Shown: positions 8,604-17,751 of the stretch, one piece after another | Layout: each line of letters starts with the position of its first letter | Position numbering within the stretch: position 1 is the first letter of the stretch | NCBI GenBank assembly: GCA_963677505.2 | Contig: CAXXWB010000045.1 | Coordinates: forward strand, 6,870-70,869 | Length of the DNA: 64,000 nucleotides | Origin: an uncultured Acidaminobacter sp. | GTDB lineage: Bacteria > Bacillota > Clostridia > Peptostreptococcales > Acidaminobacteraceae | Direction of reading: 5' to 3' | Notes under the pieces: model-generated | The model's database searches: none | Seen by the model: only the letters and a program-made list of their open reading frames with translations | Told to the model about the DNA's origin: nothing | Made by a program: the position numbers and the translations under genes

Positions 8604-9011
8604 ATGAAAAGAACCTTGGGTGTAATAGTATTGATCTGTACCATAATGATTTCTTTAGCTTTAAACGGTTCAGCAGAAATGATTATGAATGGGGGGAGTC
8701 TTATAATTGTTTTGGGAACTTATTCGGCAGGGATTCTACTCTCAAATGTTAAATTAGATGATTTTCTTGAAGAAGTCAATAAATCAGAACCTAATGTGAA
8801 AATAATTGGTCGGTTTAGAGATATAACAAAATATGCATCTATATCAGCATTGATAATAAGTTTATCAATAAATGGACCAAATTTGATTTCCAGTTTTTCA
8901 AACAATAACTCGCTAGAAGTTGCTATTCAAGAAATTCTAGCAACGTTATTATACGTTGTAATTATACAATTTATTATAAGTATTGTTTTCTATAATCAAA
9001 CAGAAAAATAG
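8604..9011 (+). CDS. Integral membrane protein (135 aa), function unknown
   Basis: GGGAG RBS; several hydrophobic helices. Confidence 0.65.
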   Translation: MKRTLGVIVLICTIMISLALNGSAEMIMNGGSLIIVLGTYSAGILLSNVKLDDFLEEVNKSEPNVKIIGRFRDITKYASISALIISLSINGPNLISSFSNNNSLEVAIQEILATLLYVVIIQFIISIVFYNQTEK

Positions 9012-9050
9012 GCAAAAGAATAAAACTCAATATCAAAAGCAAAGAACGTC

Positions 9051-9169
9051 ATATAACTCCGAACTTACGCCATTGCCTATTGTCATGTCTTTTGCGCATG
9101 CAAAAGCCCCGCCAACTTGCCGCTGAAGCGTCAAGCACGGCAACGTCGTAAGTTCGTCTTTCGTTATAC
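9051..9169 (+). repeat. attC site 11 (119 nt)
   Basis: R'' atataac, R' gttatac. Confidence 0.9.
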
Positions 9170-9274
9170 GCAAGGTTTCTGCGACAGAATTGGTATCAGT
9201 ATTTAGGTTTATTTTAGATTAAAGATTAAAAACCAAAGATAAAAATAATAATTGACATATAAGGAGGCATTTTT

Positions 9275-9847
9275 ATGAGAGATATCGATTATAGTACATA
9301 TTTTTGGAAAGATGATGTAATTAGACTTAGAGCAATGAAGCCAAATGATTGGGAGAATTATTACTTAAATAGATTTGATACACCCGCAAGAAGAATTTTG
9401 AACTATGAGGTGGAGTTACCGCCAACGGTTGAAGATGCTCAATCTTTTACTGAGAAATTTGAGAATTTTAAAGAAGGTACAGGTCGCCTAATGTTTGTAG
9501 CAGAGACTTTAGACGGTAATAATGTAGCAGCTCTAAATCTAAATAGTATAGATATGAAAAATGGTACGTTTAGTATAGGTATGCAAGTAGATCGAGAAAA
9601 TCGTGGAAAAGGGTATGGAACTAGGGCAATGAGAATAGTTCTGCGATATGCCTTTATGGAGTTAAGACTAAATAAGTTCAATGTTTCTGTAATGCAAGGA
9701 AATATAGGCTCATACACAATGATGAAAAAGTTAGGTTGTAAGGAAGAAGGCGTCAGAAGACAAGTAGTTTATACTGAAGGTCAATACTGGGATGAAACTA
9801 TGTTTGGTCTGACCCGAGAAGAGTTTATAGAAACAGAAAAGAAATGA
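9275..9847 (+). CDS. GNAT family N-acetyltransferase (RimJ/RimL-like)
   Basis: 190 aa. QVDRENRGKGYGTRAMRIVLRYAF; KLGCKEEG; AAGGAGG RBS. Confidence 0.8.
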   Translation: MRDIDYSTYFWKDDVIRLRAMKPNDWENYYLNRFDTPARRILNYEVELPPTVEDAQSFTEKFENFKEGTGRLMFVAETLDGNNVAALNLNSIDMKNGTFSIGMQVDRENRGKGYGTRAMRIVLRYAFMELRLNKFNVSVMQGNIGSYTMMKKLGCKEEGVRRQVVYTEGQYWDETMFGLTREEFIETEKK

Positions 9848-9894
9848 AAAAGCAGATAAATCAAGGACTAAAGAGAAATAAGACGAAACCCTGC

Positions 9895-10013
9895 GTATAA
9901 CTCCGAACTTACGCCATTGCCTATTGTCACGCCTTTTGCGCATGCAAAAGCCCCGCCAACTTGTCGCTGCGGCGCCAAGCACGGCAACGACGTAAGTTCG
10001 TCTTTCGTTATGT
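9895..10013 (+). repeat. attC site 12 (119 nt)
   Basis: R'' gtataac, R' gttatgt. Confidence 0.9.
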
Positions 10014-10049
10014 GACATGCATATAAAATAATTATTTGAGAGGAGAATA

Positions 10050-10178
10050 ATGATGTCTGAAAAAACAAATGTACCAAAACCTATTAAAGTTCCAACACCG
10101 CCAAGATTAATTATTAAAGATTCCGTTGATATTCCAAAAGGAACCTTTAAACCACCAACCCCACCAGTGAGGAAATAA
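10050..10178 (+). CDS. Proline/lysine-rich micro-protein (42 aa), first gene of a two-gene cassette
   Basis: GAGAGGAG RBS ending 5 nt before the ATG. Translation MMSEKTNVPKPIKVPTPPRLIIKDSVDIPKGTFKPPTPPVRK. Stop lies 5 nt before the next ATG. Below the ORF-track length cutoff. Confidence 0.45.
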   Translation: MMSEKTNVPKPIKVPTPPRLIIKDSVDIPKGTFKPPTPPVRK

Positions 10179-10183
10179 AAACA

Positions 10184-10813
10184 ATGGACTTTGAATTACT
10201 TGAAAAAATTCCACTATTAATACCTAATTTTCTACAATATATTATGCCAGGTTATATTTTCATGTTAATTTTCGACTTTATACTGATTAGGCCTAAACGT
10301 GATAAAGAAGATATGTTCATTAAATCAATTACTATAAGCTTTGTTCTTGTATCCTTATTACGTGCATTTTTAATGCCACTTAACGATTTGCAGAACAATG
10401 GAGTTATATTCATTGCAATTGTACTAGCAGTAATTATTTCAATTTTTACAGCTAAACATGTTACTTCAGATTTTGTAGATAAGAAGTTGAAAAATTTAGG
10501 AGTAAATAGAACCGTGCATAGCAACATTTGGCATCAAATGATTGATGAAAAAAACGGCGTATATGCTACCATCTATCTAAAAGAGGAAAAATGGATAGTT
10601 AGAGGCTATATCCGCAAATATGATGTTGGCGAAAATAATGAAGTATATATTGTTTTAGATGAGTATTATTACACAGATTATCAAAATAATGAGAAGCAAG
10701 CAGTTGTAGATAATCAATGGAGATGTGTAATTAAGTTAAGTAATGTAGATATTCTTGAATTGTACTATGATGAAAACAGCAATATTCTGCAGAAAGAACA
10801 TGTCGTAAGATAA
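10184..10813 (+). CDS. Hypothetical protein with N-terminal TM helices and a soluble C-terminal domain (209 aa)
   Basis: ORF between the micro-ORF and attC 13. Confidence 0.65.
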   Translation: MDFELLEKIPLLIPNFLQYIMPGYIFMLIFDFILIRPKRDKEDMFIKSITISFVLVSLLRAFLMPLNDLQNNGVIFIAIVLAVIISIFTAKHVTSDFVDKKLKNLGVNRTVHSNIWHQMIDEKNGVYATIYLKEEKWIVRGYIRKYDVGENNEVYIVLDEYYYTDYQNNEKQAVVDNQWRCVIKLSNVDILELYYDENSNILQKEHVVR

Positions 10814-10842
10814 TAATGAACTTTTAATTAAATATGCACGTC

Positions 10843-10961
10843 ACATAACTCCGAACTTACGTCATTGCCTATTGTCATGTCTTTTGCGCATGCAAAAGCC
10901 CCGCCAACTTGCCGCTATGGCGTCAAGCACGGCAACGACGTAAGTTCGTCTTTCGTTATGC
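10843..10961 (+). repeat. attC site 13 (119 nt)
   Basis: R'' acataac, R' gttatgc. Confidence 0.9.
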
Positions 10962-11141
10962 GACAACTGGATTCTAGGAGTTTGGCTTTAGCTATAAAGT
11001 TTTTAATTCAGCTTTTAAACCCATAAAAACAACCAATAGTAAACAATGAATAGTAATAGACATCATTTCTCAATACATAAGTAGAACAAATTTAGACAGC
11101 ACACTTTGGTCGCAACATAAATTATGAGGCGCATATTATAA

Positions 11142-11531
11142 ATGGAGAGCTTAACTATGACCGATTTGAAAATATCAGAAATGATGAAAATGCAAATGGA
11201 TCTATGGGAACAAAATAAAGAAAAATGGTCACCTATGGAACCATCACATGGTAAATCAAGTTTGCTATGGATGATTGAAGAAATTGGTGAAGTAATATCT
11301 ATTATAAAAAAGAAAAAAGAACATGAGCTTTTAGATAATGAAGAAGTAAGAAATAAGCTCGTAGAAGAGTTCGCAGATGTTTATATGTATCTAACAGATA
11401 CGTTGCTTCGCTATAAAATTTCTCCAGAAGAGATTAGTTCGGCTTATATGAAAAAGCACATGGTTAATATGAATAGAAATTATCAAAAAGAATATTCAAA
11501 TTACATAACAGTTGAAAAAGAAGCAGAGTAG
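11142..11531 (+). CDS. MazG-like nucleotide pyrophosphohydrolase domain protein
   Basis: 129 aa. EEIGEV..x..EEFADVYMYL metal-binding EExxE/EExxD pattern. Confidence 0.65.
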   Translation: MESLTMTDLKISEMMKMQMDLWEQNKEKWSPMEPSHGKSSLLWMIEEIGEVISIIKKKKEHELLDNEEVRNKLVEEFADVYMYLTDTLLRYKISPEEISSAYMKKHMVNMNRNYQKEYSNYITVEKEAE

Positions 11532-11552
11532 TATAATGGTTCACCAGTCATC

Positions 11553-11677
11553 GCATAACTCCGAACTTATGCCATTGCCTATTGTCATGCCTTTTGCTGA
11601 AGAGCTTGCAAAAGTCCCGCCAACTTGCCGCTGAGGCGTCAAGCACGGCAACGTCGTAAGTTCGTCTTTCGTTATAT
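11553..11677 (+). repeat. attC site 14 (125-nt class)
   Basis: R'' gcataac, R' gttatat; enlarged loop gctgaagagcttgc. Confidence 0.9.
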
Positions 11678-11824
11678 GCCATTCCTTTTGCAGACTGTGT
11701 TATCTTTAAATTAATTCAAATGATAATTAAAATCAAATCTCTTGAATATCACTAAGGCAGATACAGAAACAATTGTAAAACAAGACGTATAAAAATCATA
11801 AATTCAAACTGAGGGAAACTAATT

Positions 11825-12250
11825 ATGACAAATTATATTATTGAAGAAAGCACAAAAGACGAATATGGGTTGGTTGATGATGGGATAGTTGAATATAATA
11901 TATCCAAAGTTCCTTTTACGCAAGAACCATCTTATATTTCAATAAATAGAGTAATAAAAGACTTAGATGGAGAGGTTTTAGCAGGAATAAATAGTCTATT
12001 ATACTGTTGGAATTGCTTATATGTAGATGTTTTATGGGTTAAAGAGCAGTTTAGAAAAGAAGGGTACGGCTCTATACTTCTAAGTGAAGTAGAAAAAATT
12101 GCGAAAGAAAAAGGGTGCAATCTCATTCACTTAGATACTTTTGATTTTCAAGCAAAAGATTTCTACCGTAAACATGGATATGAGGTCTTTGGTATATTAG
12201 AAGATTGCCCAATGGATCATAATCGTTATTATATGAAAAAGAAAATATAG
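11825..12250 (+). CDS. GNAT family N-acetyltransferase
   Basis: 141 aa. VKEQFRKEGYGSILLSEVEKIAKEKG; KHGYEVFG. Confidence 0.75.
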   Translation: MTNYIIEESTKDEYGLVDDGIVEYNISKVPFTQEPSYISINRVIKDLDGEVLAGINSLLYCWNCLYVDVLWVKEQFRKEGYGSILLSEVEKIAKEKGCNLIHLDTFDFQAKDFYRKHGYEVFGILEDCPMDHNRYYMKKKI

Positions 12251-12326
12251 TTCAACATATTCATATAATGCGAGTAAATGGAATCGTCACTAGCACATTC
12301 ATTTTATACATAGGAGTATTAAAATC

Positions 12327-12758
12327 ATGAATCAAGAAATCGTTCATATTGCATTGGTTGTAAAAGACTATGATGAAGCAATTGATTTTTATACTAAAAA
12401 GTTAAACTTTGAATTGATTGAAGACACATATCAACCCGAACAAGATAAAAGATGGGTTGTAGTAGCGCCGACTGGATCTAGAGGAACAACTATCTTGCTT
12501 GCCAAGGCATCAAATCAAGAACAAGAAAAGTTTATCGGGAATCAATCGGGTGGTAGAGTCTTTCTATTTTTAAACACAGATGATTTTTGGAGAGACTATA
12601 ATTCGATGATCAAGAAGGGAATTATTTTTGTAAGAGAACCAAAAACCCAGGACTATGGTATTGTGGCAGTCTTTGAAGACTTGTATGGGAACAGGTGGGA
12701 TTTATTGCAGCTGAATAAAAACCATAAAATCTATGAAAGAATAAGTGAGAGAGCATAA
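12327..12758 (+). CDS. VOC (glyoxalase/bleomycin-resistance/dioxygenase fold) family protein
   Basis: 143 aa. HIALVVKDYDEAIDFYTKKLNFEL; C-terminal FEDLYGNRWDLLQ. Shares one cassette with the preceding GNAT; no attC lies between them. Confidence 0.7.
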   Translation: MNQEIVHIALVVKDYDEAIDFYTKKLNFELIEDTYQPEQDKRWVVVAPTGSRGTTILLAKASNQEQEKFIGNQSGGRVFLFLNTDDFWRDYNSMIKKGIIFVREPKTQDYGIVAVFEDLYGNRWDLLQLNKNHKIYERISERA

Positions 12759-12768
12759 AAGAAACGGC

Positions 12769-12887
12769 ATATAACTCCGAACTTACGTCATTGCCTATTG
12801 TCATGTCTTTTGCGTATGCAAAAGCCCCGCCAACTTGTCGCTGAGGCGCCAAGCACGGCAACGACGTAAGTTCGTCTTTCGTTAAGC
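12769..12887 (+). repeat. attC site 15 (119 nt)
   Basis: R'' atataac, R' gttaagc. Confidence 0.9.
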
Positions 12888-12919
12888 GAAAGACAAAAAT
12901 AATTAAGTGGAGATAGAAT

Positions 12920-14029
12920 ATGATAGAAAAAACACTAGAATTAACAAAAAAATATGAATCTTTTTTACCTTTAATATATACAATTATTGCCACGGGATTA
13001 TACTCAATAGCTTATTGCTTTTTGTGTGGTTTTTATTTCTTTAATGAAAATTTCACCATAGACTATATAACAAACCCAATTCCATTTTCTAAAACAGGTC
13101 TTATTTTTCTAGGTGTTATATTGCTTTGCATTCTTACTTGGATAATGTTTTCTTGCGATGAATATATTAGAGCAGATAGATTGAAATCAAAATTTTTATA
13201 TTTATTTCTTATAGCTTTACCATATATAGTAGTAATGTTGTTACTTAGATTAGGAATAGATATAAAAATTGATAAAATTGAAATTGCATATTTTCTGTTA
13301 TTTGTTCTTATAATTCAAATTACAAATGATATCATGCATGGTAATTTGAAAGATATATTAAATTTTATTTTGTCATTACTAATAAGTATTATTATTTATG
13401 TGCTTGTAACCGTAACTTCAGGAGATAATTGGCTAGAATCGTGGTATACGATTATTCTACTAATAATGTCGATTACAATTAATTTATTTACTTCAACTCC
13501 TAAGATAGGTGTAAAAAGTTCCAATAAAATATATCCTGTTCTTATGTTTATTGTCTTATATTTTATAACTATTTTCTTAAGTGATGACTTAAAAAATTAT
13601 TTTTTTAACAGAAATATTAATGAGTATTTTATTGTAATGTGTGGTGTATATTTCTTTATTGAACTTTCATTCTATTTATTTGGTATTTTGCTACTCAGAG
13701 AATTATCAGAACGGTTTGTATTGATAGATAAGCTTAAATTATTTCTTGCGAATAAGCAAAAAGAGACAATTGATAGGATTGATATAAAAAATAAATTTTT
13801 AATTTTTGCTCTAATTATATTTTACATGTCCAGTCCGTATCTTGCGTACTTTGTAGGAAAAAATATTGGTTCAGCTATTGATTTGGAAGATTTATATTCT
13901 AAAATCAGCTATAACAATAAAAATGAAAATAAAAAAGGAATAGTTTGTGCATCTTCTGGTAATACAATCTATGTAAGTGTTAAAGGTGAATTATATATAT
14001 TTAATTCAAATGAGTATCAAGTAGAGTAA
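12920..14029 (+). CDS. Multi-pass integral membrane protein (369 aa), function unknown
   Basis: Long ORF with GGAG RBS and many hydrophobic helices. Confidence 0.75.
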   Translation: MIEKTLELTKKYESFLPLIYTIIATGLYSIAYCFLCGFYFFNENFTIDYITNPIPFSKTGLIFLGVILLCILTWIMFSCDEYIRADRLKSKFLYLFLIALPYIVVMLLLRLGIDIKIDKIEIAYFLLFVLIIQITNDIMHGNLKDILNFILSLLISIIIYVLVTVTSGDNWLESWYTIILLIMSITINLFTSTPKIGVKSSNKIYPVLMFIVLYFITIFLSDDLKNYFFNRNINEYFIVMCGVYFFIELSFYLFGILLLRELSERFVLIDKLKLFLANKQKETIDRIDIKNKFLIFALIIFYMSSPYLAYFVGKNIGSAIDLEDLYSKISYNNKNENKKGIVCASSGNTIYVSVKGELYIFNSNEYQVE

Positions 14030-14039
14030 TTTGTCCTTC

Positions 14040-14158
14040 GCTTAACTCCGAACTTACGCCATTGCCTATTGTCACGTCTTTTGCGCATGCAAAAGCCCCG
14101 CCAACTTGCCGCTGCGGCGTCAAGCACGGCAACGTCGTCAGTTCGTCTTTCGTTATGT
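14040..14158 (+). repeat. attC site 16 (119 nt)
   Basis: R'' gcttaac, R' gttatgt. Confidence 0.9.
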
Positions 14159-14277
14159 GACATTTTAGCAGCGACACATGGATTTGTCAAAAAAAGTGCA
14201 GTCGGTAAACTCACTAAATTGATAAAGGGGTATAACCCCATTGAATTACCTTGAGTTCATTTAGACCACTTTTCATT

Positions 14278-15150
14278 TTATGCTGCTGTACTACTTGCTA
14301 AACTTTTCATACGATAGACAAATGGCGGAAGCCCTTGTGGATTTGATGTATAGACCCGCTGTTTATTGTAATAAATCATAATGTAACGGAAGATCACTGA
14401 CTTGACCTGGTGCATCGGGAAATGCGCTGTTCCTATTCTGTAGAGTTTCTCTTTTTTCAGAGTGGCAAAGAAGCTCTCCATCCTTGCATTATCATAGCAT
14501 CGACCTGTGCCACTCATACTTTGTATGGCTCCATATTGAGCCAAGGTCTTTCGATAATCAGAGCTGGTAAACTGACTTCCTCGGTCTGAGTGAAGAATCA
14601 TGCCCTTGGCATTCTGTGACTTGCAAGCGTTTTCAAAGGCTTGAATACACAGTTCTTTACGCATGTTGTTGTCCATGGATAGACCAACAATCTCACCATT
14701 ATAGCAGTCAAGGATTGGTGCAACATAGAGTTTACCATCAGAACACTGCACTTCAGTGATGTCTGTTAGCCACTTCTGATTTGGTGCAGTTGCTGCAAAG
14801 TCCCTTTGGATGATATTTTCACTCTTTTGCGCTGCAGCGTCTTCACGAGTGATACCATTTGGGTGACGTTTACGCTTTTTAAGCATCTGATATTTGCGCA
14901 TAGTCCGATAAATGGTACTATAGCTCACCTGTTGGTCCAACTGAAGTAGCCTTAAATAAATGCGTCTAGCGCCGTAATTATCATTATCGGGATGTTGACT
15001 TAGAACCGACTTTATTTGACCCAGAAGAAGGCTGTCTCGTTTAATCTTGTCTGTATGTTTAAGGCTTCTAAAATAACCTGACTCACTGACTTTTAGCGCT
15101 ATACAAAGTTCGTGAATGGAGTATTTTAAGCACCTTTGACTGATAAACAT
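14278..15150 (-). CDS. IS3-family transposase OrfB (DDE integrase-like catalytic domain)
   Basis: 290 aa from the first ATG. Motifs ..NQKWLTDITEV.. and HSDRGSQFTS. Confidence 0.85.
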   Translation of the reverse strand: MFISQRCLKYSIHELCIALKVSESGYFRSLKHTDKIKRDSLLLGQIKSVLSQHPDNDNYGARRIYLRLLQLDQQVSYSTIYRTMRKYQMLKKRKRHPNGITREDAAAQKSENIIQRDFAATAPNQKWLTDITEVQCSDGKLYVAPILDCYNGEIVGLSMDNNMRKELCIQAFENACKSQNAKGMILHSDRGSQFTSSDYRKTLAQYGAIQSMSGTGRCYDNARMESFFATLKKEKLYRIGTAHFPMHQVKSVIFRYIMIYYNKQRVYTSNPQGLPPFVYRMKSLASSTAA

Positions 15151-15167
15151 GTATAAAAGCTGTGGTT

Positions 15168-15455
15168 TTACTTCTTCCGGTCTTTTGCGAAAAAACCCAA
15201 TGCATCCTTTAGAATTTCATTGGCCTTGCGAAGTTCAGCATTTTCCTTTTCAAGCTCCATCTCTCGACGGCTTCTAGGATCAATGCGTAGGTTACCACTG
15301 CCAACATAGGCGAGTTCGCCGTAATGGGTACGTTTTTGACGCCAATTGGACAAGGTATGATACGGAACACCAAGTTGTTTTGCAGCTGTAGCCAGTCCAA
15401 TTTCATCAGATAGTTTTACGGCTTCAATTTTAAATGCGGTATCATAAGTTTTCAT
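15168..15455 (-). CDS. IS3-family transposase OrfA (HTH)
   Basis: 95 aa. ..LGVPYHTLSNWRQK.. followed by a leucine-zipper-like ELEKENAELRKANEILKDA. Confidence 0.85.
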   Translation of the reverse strand: MKTYDTAFKIEAVKLSDEIGLATAAKQLGVPYHTLSNWRQKRTHYGELAYVGSGNLRIDPRSRREMELEKENAELRKANEILKDALGFFAKDRKK

Positions 15456-15717
15456 TTCGAGTCCTCACTTTCATAGATATGGTTATAGTCATCATATCGC
15501 ATTTAGTGAGTTTGGTGACTGCACTTTTATGATATCATTCCACATTGTTATTACTTTATTATGGCATCTAAATTTATACATAAAGGTAAGTTCTAATAAC
15601 TGGAATCGACATATTACTTTTATTAGTATGTAAGAACTGAAAAAATAGGAGTAATTATATTGAGTAATTCTGGCAACCACACAAACAATATTTAGTATAA
15701 AAACACGAGGATAAAAT

Positions 15718-16146
15718 ATGTCTTTTGTACGAGAAAAGGTTCCGCAAGATCAATGGGAGTATTTCAATTCACTAAATATTAAGTATGAAGGGAAGCTTAG
15801 AACTGCTAATGAGTATTCGATATGGGTAATTGACCGAGAACGTGAAATTATTTTTACAAATACTTGCTTAAGCGGAAGAGACTATGGAGACAGCTATATT
15901 TTGATTTGGGGAGAAGAGCGTATTTACATTTATGTTGAGGCTCATACTGAAAGACAGACTGAATACGCTGCAAAATACTGTCATTGGGATATACAATGTA
16001 TTATTGCACCCATGTCATTAAAAGATAGACAGGCCGAACTTATAAAACTTATTCGTCAGATAGCCGAAATACACTATGATCCTCGAAGTACCTCGACTTT
16101 TGTCATTGACAATATTGCGGAACCTCAATTTAAAGAAAGTGTGTAG
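15718..16146 (+). CDS. Hypothetical protein (142 aa)
   Basis: ORF with GAGGA RBS in the cassette that carries IS3 copy 1. Confidence 0.65.
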   Translation: MSFVREKVPQDQWEYFNSLNIKYEGKLRTANEYSIWVIDREREIIFTNTCLSGRDYGDSYILIWGEERIYIYVEAHTERQTEYAAKYCHWDIQCIIAPMSLKDRQAELIKLIRQIAEIHYDPRSTSTFVIDNIAEPQFKESV

Positions 16147-16206
16147 TCAGATTAATGGGGTTAAAACCATTGAAGTTTTTAAAGTGAAGAAATTCCAAGA
16201 AACGTC

Positions 16207-16325
16207 GTATAACTCCGAACTTACGTCATTGCCTATTGTCATGTCTTTTGCGCATGCAAAAGCCCCGCCAACTTGTCGCTGAGGCGCCAAGCACGGCAAC
16301 GACGTAAGTTCGTCTTTCGTTAGAC
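16207..16325 (+). repeat. attC site 17 (119 nt)
   Basis: R'' gtataac, R' gttagac. Confidence 0.9.
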
Positions 16326-16398
16326 GAAATTGACTTACTCAGCATATTATCTTCAAATTATGAAAAAAAGCAAAAAAACTCAAAGGATGATTTTAATT

Positions 16399-16731
16399 AT
16401 GTCAACTTATAGAATTAGATTTTGGTTCGAGCATGGTGGGATTTGCTTGTGGGGAATGAATGAGGCAACAAAAGAAAAGTATGGTTATGCAATTGAAAAT
16501 AACGAACTACCACTTTCTGAAACATTAATAGAAGTGCTCAATGATTTAGAAATTCAGTATAGTAAAAGCTTGAATTGGGAAAGTCCATTGGACATGGCAC
16601 CTTGGACAAAGGCTGATAGGGAAAAATTCAGAGAAGGCACAAATGTTGCATATTCTTTATTAGTTGAGGCGTTAGGCTCAGACTTTGAAGTAATCAATGA
16701 TATAGAAGATTGTATTTATGAAAAGGACTAG
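16399..16731 (+). CDS. Hypothetical protein (110 aa), first gene of a two-gene cassette
   Basis: ATG 16399 follows AAAGGATG. The ORF track starts further upstream at 16330, inside the attC flank. Confidence 0.6.
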   Translation: MSTYRIRFWFEHGGICLWGMNEATKEKYGYAIENNELPLSETLIEVLNDLEIQYSKSLNWESPLDMAPWTKADREKFREGTNVAYSLLVEALGSDFEVINDIEDCIYEKD

Positions 16732-16798
16732 AAATTTTACAAAAGTTAACTGCAATTAAATATAGTTTTTATACATCTAATTTTAATAGGGTGATATT

Positions 16799-17164
16799 AT
16801 GAGTGAATTTGAACTACAATACTATGGAGAAATTCGGTTTGGCCCAAGTTACTTCAGACTTTTTATAAATGGGAATGAATTGATAGATAGAATTTTTGGA
16901 CAGTTACACTGCATATCAGCAAATGAGAGATATGTGGCATTTGAAGAATGGCTTACGACAAACTATTCAGATGGGCCAATTACGAGAGTCGTAATATATG
17001 ATTTACTAAAAAATCATATAAGTGAGCTATCAGATGGTCAAAGTGGATTTATTGAATTAATGGAGTTCACCGAGACCAGTTTTAGATATAGTAGACATAA
17101 TTATGGACAAAAGATAATAGATAATTTTGAAGTTACATTTGCTTCAATGAGTTTTAAAGATTAA
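16799..17164 (+). CDS. Hypothetical protein (121 aa), second gene of a two-gene cassette
   Basis: ORF with AGGGTGA RBS, followed by attC 18. Confidence 0.6.
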   Translation: MSEFELQYYGEIRFGPSYFRLFINGNELIDRIFGQLHCISANERYVAFEEWLTTNYSDGPITRVVIYDLLKNHISELSDGQSGFIELMEFTETSFRYSRHNYGQKIIDNFEVTFASMSFKD

Positions 17165-17199
17165 ATAGATTCATTAGAATATATTGTAAAGTCAACTTC

Positions 17200-17324
17200 G
17201 TCTAACTCCGAACTTACGCCATTGCCTATTGTCACGCCTTTTGCGGTGTAGCTTGCAAAAGTCCCGCCAACTTGTCGCTGCGGCGCCAAGCACGGCAACG
17301 TCGTCAGTTCGTCTTTCGTTAAGC
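17200..17324 (+). repeat. attC site 18 (125-nt class)
   Basis: R'' gtctaac (complement of gttagac), R' gttaagc. Confidence 0.9.
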
Positions 17325-17438
17325 GAAAGTCTTTATACTTGCATATCTCATTGTAATAAAGAGATATTGTTCAAGGATCAAATCCAATACCATTGAATTT
17401 AGCATTAATTATATTTATTGATTATATAGGGTGAAATT

Positions 17439-17678
17439 TTGAGAGCATTAAAAGTGATAATATTTGTCATATTCACCTTAGTCATAGTGCATTCTATAGA
17501 GTACTATTTCAAAATTAATCAAGTTGTAAGTGGTGTTTGGTTAATGACAATTCTATATTTTTACAGATTTACAAAATCACTGCAAGATGAATATGAATTA
17601 TCCAGAAAATTTGTTATTTTTTGTGAGTTCCTCTATAATCGTCACTTTAGGATATTTTTTATTAAGGCCTTTTGGTGA
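17439..17678 (+). CDS. Small hydrophobic protein (79 aa)
   Basis: TTG start after AGGGTGA; two predicted TM helices. Confidence 0.45.
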   Translation: MRALKVIIFVIFTLVIVHSIEYYFKINQVVSGVWLMTILYFYRFTKSLQDEYELSRKFVIFCEFLYNRHFRIFFIKAFW

Positions 17679-17751
17679 AATCATTATTTTTAGCCTGTAG
17701 AGGTACAATCAAATAATCAAGTATCTAAACCACTTGAGGAGGTTGAAGCTG

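Larger units (their letters stand above)
14179..15542 (-). mobile_element. IS3-family insertion sequence, copy 1 (apparently intact)
   Basis: Imperfect terminal inverted repeats TGGATTTGTCAAAAAAAGTGCAGTC.. (left) and ..GACTGCACTTTTATGATATCATTCCA (right). orfA and orfB are on the minus strand. The orfB frame stays open in the -1 frame across the orfA stop, with T6/A4 slippery candidates. Ends were inferred by aligning the two copies. No clear 3-4 bp target duplication was seen. Confidence 0.8.

Noticed and set aside
14153-16319. The idea that the IS3-bearing cassette is a chimera of two cassettes, because attC 16 ends gttatgt while attC 17 starts gtataac instead of acataac.
   Set aside because: The two differences are transitions that still allow G.T-type pairing. 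The extended flank complementarity is also retained (gacattt versus gacgttt), so the cassette ends are probably cognate. The absence of an obvious target duplication remains unexplained.
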